Assembly (NCBI RefSeq): GCF_009914755.1
Contig: NC_060934.1
DNA: 64,000 nt
From: the human T2T-CHM13v2.0 reference genome, Homo sapiens
Strand: one strand, 5' to 3'
Shown: positions 60,440-64,000 of the stretch, one piece after another
Numbering within the stretch: the stretch's first letter is position 1
Layout of the letters: every line of letters begins with the position of its first letter
Notes under the pieces: generated by a model
Told to the model about the DNA's origin: nothing
The model's input: the letters and a program-made list of their open reading frames with translations, nothing else
Database searches by the model: none
Translations under genes and position numbers: made by a program

Positions 60440-60690
60440 CATTTATAGAGCACTTATTTTGTGTGTGGAGAAGCAGATACTTTGCATACATTATTTAAAT
60501 TAATCTTTACAAAAACCCTAAGAGGTGGCTGTAATTATTTCTAAATTACAAATGAGGAAACTGGGGCTCTGTGAGGCTCAATAACTTTCCCACATTTGTA
60601 TGAGGAGCAAATGATAGAACTGAGTGTTGGAACCAAGGTTTGAACCAAGATGTCTTTGATTCCAAACATTTTAATATTTATGCCATGCTA
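60440..60690. mobile_element. MIR
   Basis: ttacaaatgaggaaactggggctc...taactttccca. Confidence 0.65.
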
Positions 60691-61189
60691 AAATGATATA
60701 ATAGTGGGCATTTTATTTTGCAGCCTGTGTTTTGGGATTAGGAATTTATTATGAACATCCTCATGTCAATAATATTCTTGAACAACATGATATATAATGG
60801 CAGTCTAATAGTCCATTGTTTGGATTCGCTACCATTTACCTAATCAAATTCATATTGATAGGCATTATGAAATGCACTGTAATGAATACCCTTGAACATT
60901 ACATTTTGTACCTATCTCAAACTTTCTTCTGAAAATAAGTTACTGGAAGTGAAATTTCTAGGTTTAAAGCTCATGCATAATGTTAAGGTTTTTAATGTAA
61001 TTGACAAATTGCCTGCCAGATAAATCTTACCAATTTTGTTCCCATTAATAGTGTGGATACCAATGTAAGCACTTTCTAAATGAAGAAAAATGCTAAAAAC
61101 CTGTAAAGGGCTAATTAATTGAAGACATTCTTATTTATAGAAAAGGCAAAATGTCTTTCCAAATTACATCTATTACAATAAAATAATAT

Positions 61190-62035
61190 ATTTGGCCATA
61201 AAAAGGAATGAAATTGGCCAGGCATGGGGGCTCACACATGTAGTCACTGCAATTTGGGAAGCCAAGCCAAGAGGATCTTTAGAGAGCAGGAGTTCAAGAC
61301 CAGTCTGAGCAACATAGCAAGATCCTATCTCTAAAAAAAAAAAAAAAAAAAAAAAATAGGCAGTCACAATGGCATGCACCTGTGTTCCAGCAACTTGGGA
61401 AGCTGAGGCGGAGGACAGCTGGAGCATAGGAGGTTGAAGTTAGTGAATCATGATTGCACCAGTGCACTCCAGCCTAGGCAACAGAACAAGACCGTGCCTC
61501 AAAACAAAACAAAACAGAAAAACAAACAAAGAAACAAAAGAGAAAATAAATCATGTAATTTGCAGCAACATGGATGGAACTGGAGGTCATTATGTTAAGT
61601 GAACTATGCCAGGCACAGAAAGACAAATATCACCTACTCTCCCTCATATATGCAAGCTAAAAAAGTTGATCTCATGGAGGTAGAGAGTATAATTGAATGA
61701 TAGATATTAGAGGCTGAAAAAGGTGTGAGGGAGGAGGGGTGATGAACAGAGTTTGGATAATGGTTGCAGACATACAGTTAGATAGAAGGAACGAGTTCTA
61801 ATGTTCATTAGCAGAGTAGGGTGACTATAGTTAACAACAATGTACTGTACATTTCAAAATAGCTAGAAGAGAGGAATTGAAATGTTCCGAATACATAGAA
61901 ATGATAAATACTCAAGGTGATGGATACCCCAAATACCCTGACTTTATCATCACACATTCTATGCATGTAATAAAATATCACATGTATCCCATCAATAGAT
62001 ACAAATATTATGTATCAATAAAAATATTCAAAATT
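61190..62035 (+). mobile_element. L1MA 3' end, interrupted by an AluJ
   Basis: tgcagcaacatggatggaactggaggtcattatgttaagtgaa...gatggataccccaaataccctgac...caataaaa. Confidence 0.85.
61216..61540 (+). mobile_element. AluJ
   Basis: Diverged dimer with (AAAAC)n tail. Confidence 0.88.
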
Positions 62036-62100
62036 AAGATACAATTTGCAGTAAGATTAGTATTCAAATGTATAGGTATTGGGTTCCTATACACTTCCTA

Positions 62101-62408
<308 letters not shown>

Positions 62409-62469
62409 AAAGGGAATTACTTTGATTCCAAGGGTTTTTTTAGCAGCCAAGTCAAAGAGGGAAGCTAGA

Positions 62470-62566
62470 GATGATGATAGTGGTGGTGGTGGTAGTGATG
62501 ATGATGATGATGATGAAGATGATAATGATGATGGAGAGGAGACAGAGGGGGAAGAGAAGGAGGAGA
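62470..62566. repeat. (GAT)n/(GGT)n/(GAG)-rich low-complexity tract
   Basis: Seen directly. Confidence 0.85.
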
Positions 62567-63268
62567 ATCCCGTAGGGCATCTGTGGTGGTCGTGTTAGCC
62601 AGTTAGATTTACTATTTTTTTGAGACTTTGTTTTGGCATTCCTGCAGGAGACAAAAGAAAGGGAAGTTTCTCCTCAGACTTTCGGTAGCCTTGTGGTAAG
62701 AAGGCAGCTGGGCCACCCAGACTTACATATTTGAGGCAATAAACAGTGATCAAAGCAGTATGATTTCAGGGGAACAAAACTCTTCCACTCCATATACCTC
62801 CCTCTTTATTTCTCAATAAATGCACATTGGTTTCCTTTGTAAGAAGGCTACATTAAGATGCAATTTGACATCTGAAAAAGTTATACAATAAGCTATTTCC
62901 CACCATAAAAACTCTAACTGAAATTGGTTCGTAAATTTTATTCCAATCATTTAACAAAACCTAAGAGGAGGAAATACAGGACTGGACTATTTTCAAAGGG
63001 AAAAGTGAACTAGAAAAGTCACAATGATTGTGAATGGGGTAAGGGATGCTTCTAGGAAGTTTAGGAGACTTTTGAGCACCAAATGAGAGCTTGAGGCTTC
63101 AGATGGCCTGGAGTGAGCTTATAAAGAGCTATTGAAAGTGAGATATGTAATAGCAAGAAATGAAAATGAACTTTGCACTAAATGATAAGTACTAAAGATA
63201 TGTTATAACAAAGCCAGTAATAGTGTTTAAAGTAAGAAGCGAGAGTTCCCCACCAATCAAACCCTCAT

Positions 63269-63270
<2 letters not shown>

Positions 63271-63299
<29 letters not shown>
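63271..63299. repeat. (CA)n microsatellite
   Basis: Seen directly. Confidence 0.95.
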
Positions 63300-63498
63300 T
63301 TGTATTTCATTGATTCTAGGACCCATGTTTTGCAGTTTAACATCTCTGAAACTGGAATGCGTTTGATAATCAATGGTGTGTCATGGTTAGTTGGCAGCAT
63401 TTTTTTTTCTTTACTAGTGATACATAAAGAAATGGTGCATATTAAAATCTATGGTGTCTTCAATTTGAAGTGTGTATGAGAGAGAAGGGGGAAATACT
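63300..63498. mobile_element. MER104-like TcMar-Tc2 element
   Basis: tgtatttcattgattctagg...taacatctctgaaactggaatgcgt...ggtgtcttcaatttga. Confidence 0.65.
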
Positions 63499-64000
63499 GT
63501 CTTGTCATAGGAAATGTCTGGAAGTAAATTTTGATTACTTATACTATTTACCTTCCTAGTTTCTATTGTCTTCTCATTTATTCTTTTTCTTAATTTGAAA
63601 AAGGACCTTAGAGATGACTGAACTCAAAGTCTTCATTCTACTAAGGAGAAGATGGGCCTGAGGTGGTAGGTGACTGGTCCCCATCACAGGTGTTTGGGGT
63701 GTGGTGGGCCTGTGAGTATATTCAGAGCATATCTATATGTTCATTCTTTCCCAGAAATGATTTACAAATTACAGAGGGTTGGGAGCCCCAAGTGACAGGA
63801 TCTGTTTGGAACTAGAAGGACCAAGAGTGATGAGGACAGAGTACTGCCCTTTGAAATGTGCTCCTTGATAACACCAACCCCAGAAAGGGAGGATGAGGGA
63901 ACTGATCCTGGCCTGGGACAGCCAGTCAGTATTAGTGTGGTTTAGTTTTCCTGACTAGACGTCCTCCTTCCCTCTCTTTCCCTCCCCTCCCCTTCCCTTT

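Noticed and set aside
62727-62871. 145-nt minus-strand exon candidate
   Set aside because: Weak exonic side of the donor (AT|gtaagt), short pyrimidine tract, no other support

Overview
Primate (human-like) non-coding genomic DNA, mostly interspersed repeats. I found no supportable cellular protein-coding gene. Long ORFs in the track are decayed L1 ORF1/ORF2, Alu, THE1 or LTR12 sequence. Main elements: a near full-length L1PA (1-5972, minus) with 5'UTR; a complete THE1A provirus with TSD (7553-9800); a triple nest of L1PA/PB > THE1C > LTR12, each with its own TSD (28430-31112); an L1PB with its 5'UTR fused to its 3' end (46110-47920); solo LTRs (MLT1, MLT2, MLT2A2, LTR16, LTR40); about 14 Alus; hAT/Tc2 DNA transposons; and many old L1M/MIR/L2 fragments. 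Almost all L1s lie on the minus strand, which hints at a + strand host transcript. The best leads are mutational scars (templated insertion, fold-back palindromes, a micro 3' transduction with target deletion), TE-derived promoters (L1 antisense promoter, LTR12, MLT2A2), unverified short exon candidates on both strands, and a composite ETS/IRF-AP-1 13-mer found twice. I see no evidence of a wholly new biological system. Subfamily calls come from remembered consensus sequences and need RepeatMasker confirmation.
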